DNA from: Azolla caroliniana
Lineage: Eukaryota; Plantae; Polypodiophyta
Direction of reading: 5' to 3'
DNA length: 64,000 bases
Assembly (NCBI GenBank): GCA_043228905.1
Contig: JBHGNT010000013.1
Coordinates: forward strand, 4,712,001 to 4,776,000
Below, in pieces: positions 62,279-64,000 of the stretch. Every line of letters starts with the position of its first letter. The stretch's first letter is position 1. A program made the translations under genes and the position numbers. The notes beneath the pieces were generated by a model. That model worked only from the letters and a program-made list of their open reading frames with translations. It did not search any database and was not told where the DNA came from.

Positions 62279-64000
62279 CCCTAAATTTCCATACGGAAGC
62301 TATTCAACTCATAAAACCATAATCTCTTATCAAAACCAAAAACCCTAATTTTCTATAGAATTCATATCTTAATTTCCTTTAATCAATTACTCTAGCCATC
62401 TCCATTAGCAAACTTTTTGTAATCCCAATCTTGGGATTAATTGTAATCTTTCTTTCTACTTGTTAATGAAATTTGTTAATCTTTCTCATTTCGGTTAATT
62501 CTTAGTACATAAATACACGACTTTGATATCCTCTAGTCAAAGGCCCCGGGGTCTTGCCTCAACGTTCACGTATCCTCGTCGTATTTTCGCGACAACGGCG
62601 AAAGACGCAAATTGGCATGTCGCGATGGAGGAAGAGATGTGCGCATTAATAGACAATGAGACTTGGGATCCGGTTGACACACCGAAGGGTGTAAAGCCGA
62701 TGGGATGTAGATGGGTGTTTAAGGTGAAATACAACATCGATGGTTCGGTAACTGATATAAGGCCCGTTTGGTTGCGAAAGGCTACGTGCAGAAGCACGAC
62801 ATAGATTCTGATGAGACCTTCGCCCCAGTCGCGAAGATGACTACCGTGCGAGTTCTACTATAGCCATAACATCGATGAAAGGATGACATCTACATCAGAT
62901 GGTTGTAAACAATGCGTTCCTGCAAGGTATTCTTGAGGAACAAGTGTACATGGTACAACCCCCTAGATTTCTATCCGAACAGAACAATTCAACAGTTTGC
63001 CAATTGAAGAAGGCGTTGTACGGACTTAAGCAAGCCCTGCGAGCTTGGAACGGTTGCGTAAAATGGGGTTTACGACATCAAAGTCGGACTCCTCGTTGTT
63101 CGTTCGACAAGGTCGACATGGACCAATTTGTCTTTTACTTTATGTTGATGATTTAGTCATCGCCGGTGCCGACCTGGAAGAAATCGGCCACGTAAAGTCT
63201 CAACTTGCGGCATCGTTCGAAGTGATCCATTCCCCCGAAGGCATATTGATCAGTCAACGTCATTACGCGCTGAATATGCTCTTCAAGTTCGGGATGGCAG
63301 ATTGTAAGCCCATCTTAACCCCTTTGGATAGCAACGTGAAGCTTCGTCGAGATTCGGGAAAGGCGTGCAACATGACATAGTTTCGATAGATTGTCGGAAG
63401 CCTCATCTACTTGACGATCACTCGGTCGGACCTCAGCTATCCGGTCGGAATGATCAGTCAAGTTATGTCGTAGCCCACGACCGAACACCTTCAATGCGCG
63501 TAAAGGATATTACGATATGTGAGCGGCTTGAAAGACATGGTGCTGTTGTATCGTATAGACGTAGCCGAGCAGTTAGTCGGCTACACGGATGGCGACTAGG
63601 CCGGAAATGCCCATGATCGAAGATCCACATCTGGATACACATTCTCATTGGGAAGAGCGGTGATCACGTGGAGTAGTAAGACGCAACCAATAGTAGCACT
63701 ATCGAGCACTGAGGCTGAATATTGAGGGGCGACTATCGCTACGTGCGAAGTCATTTTGGCTCAAACGGCTATTACGGGATCTGCACGTAGAGGTGTCCGA
63801 TCCAACGACGATCTACTATAACAACCTCAACAACATCCACCTTCTAAAAAACCCTGTATTGCACACTCAGACTAAGCACATTGAGGTGCACTACCATTTT
63901 GTCAACGAGCGTGTCCTTTCTGGTGAAGTCGAACTGCCGTATGTTCGAACGGGTCGGCAGATTGCCGACACCTTCACCAAGCCCCTTAGTCTCGACAAGT

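Larger units (their letters stand above)
60885..62594. mobile_element. 1.7-kb probable solo LTR with internal tandem arrays, inserted in the Copia pol
   Basis: Termini tgtcgtg...cgcgaca; removing it restores the Copia frame EPKSYAEAAKDANW; 4-bp degenerate overlap gcaa/acgg; TATA-like tatataag at ~61107. Confidence 0.75.
51933..64000 (+). mobile_element. Degenerate Copia element running off the right edge, host to two nested insertions
   Basis: 5' LTR ~51933-52345, PBS tggtatcagagc 52346-52357, gag ATG at 52448 (MDRG|MGSSLPTEKL, resuming at 58109), VDSGASNH, HSDVWGP, RSDGGKEY, LYVDD, and RNase H to the window end. Confidence 0.88.

Overview
Plant nuclear DNA, probably a non-seed plant such as a fern (inferred from the Tcn1-type chromovirus). 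Three intact host genes lie among dense, nested transposon clusters: a THESEUS1-like CrRLK1L kinase (+), a CAF1/POP2 deadenylase (-) and an L-type lectin receptor kinase (-). I can delimit about 15 LTR retrotransposon insertions or remnants (Copia and Gypsy, several with LTR pairs, TSDs, PBS and PPT), a LINE fragment and hAT-type non-autonomous elements. Main observations: (1) a young Tcn1/sushi-like chromovirus with a Tf1-type self-priming PBS and a G_UUA_AAC -1 frameshift followed by a predicted pseudoknot; (2) a Copia element cut inside RT by a ~2.4-kb inversion; (3) a snap-back templated tandem duplication whose two copies each received a different Copia insertion 10 bp apart; (4) hairpins at the U3 start of many unrelated LTR families. 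I found no clearly new protein-coding system. All coordinates were read by eye.
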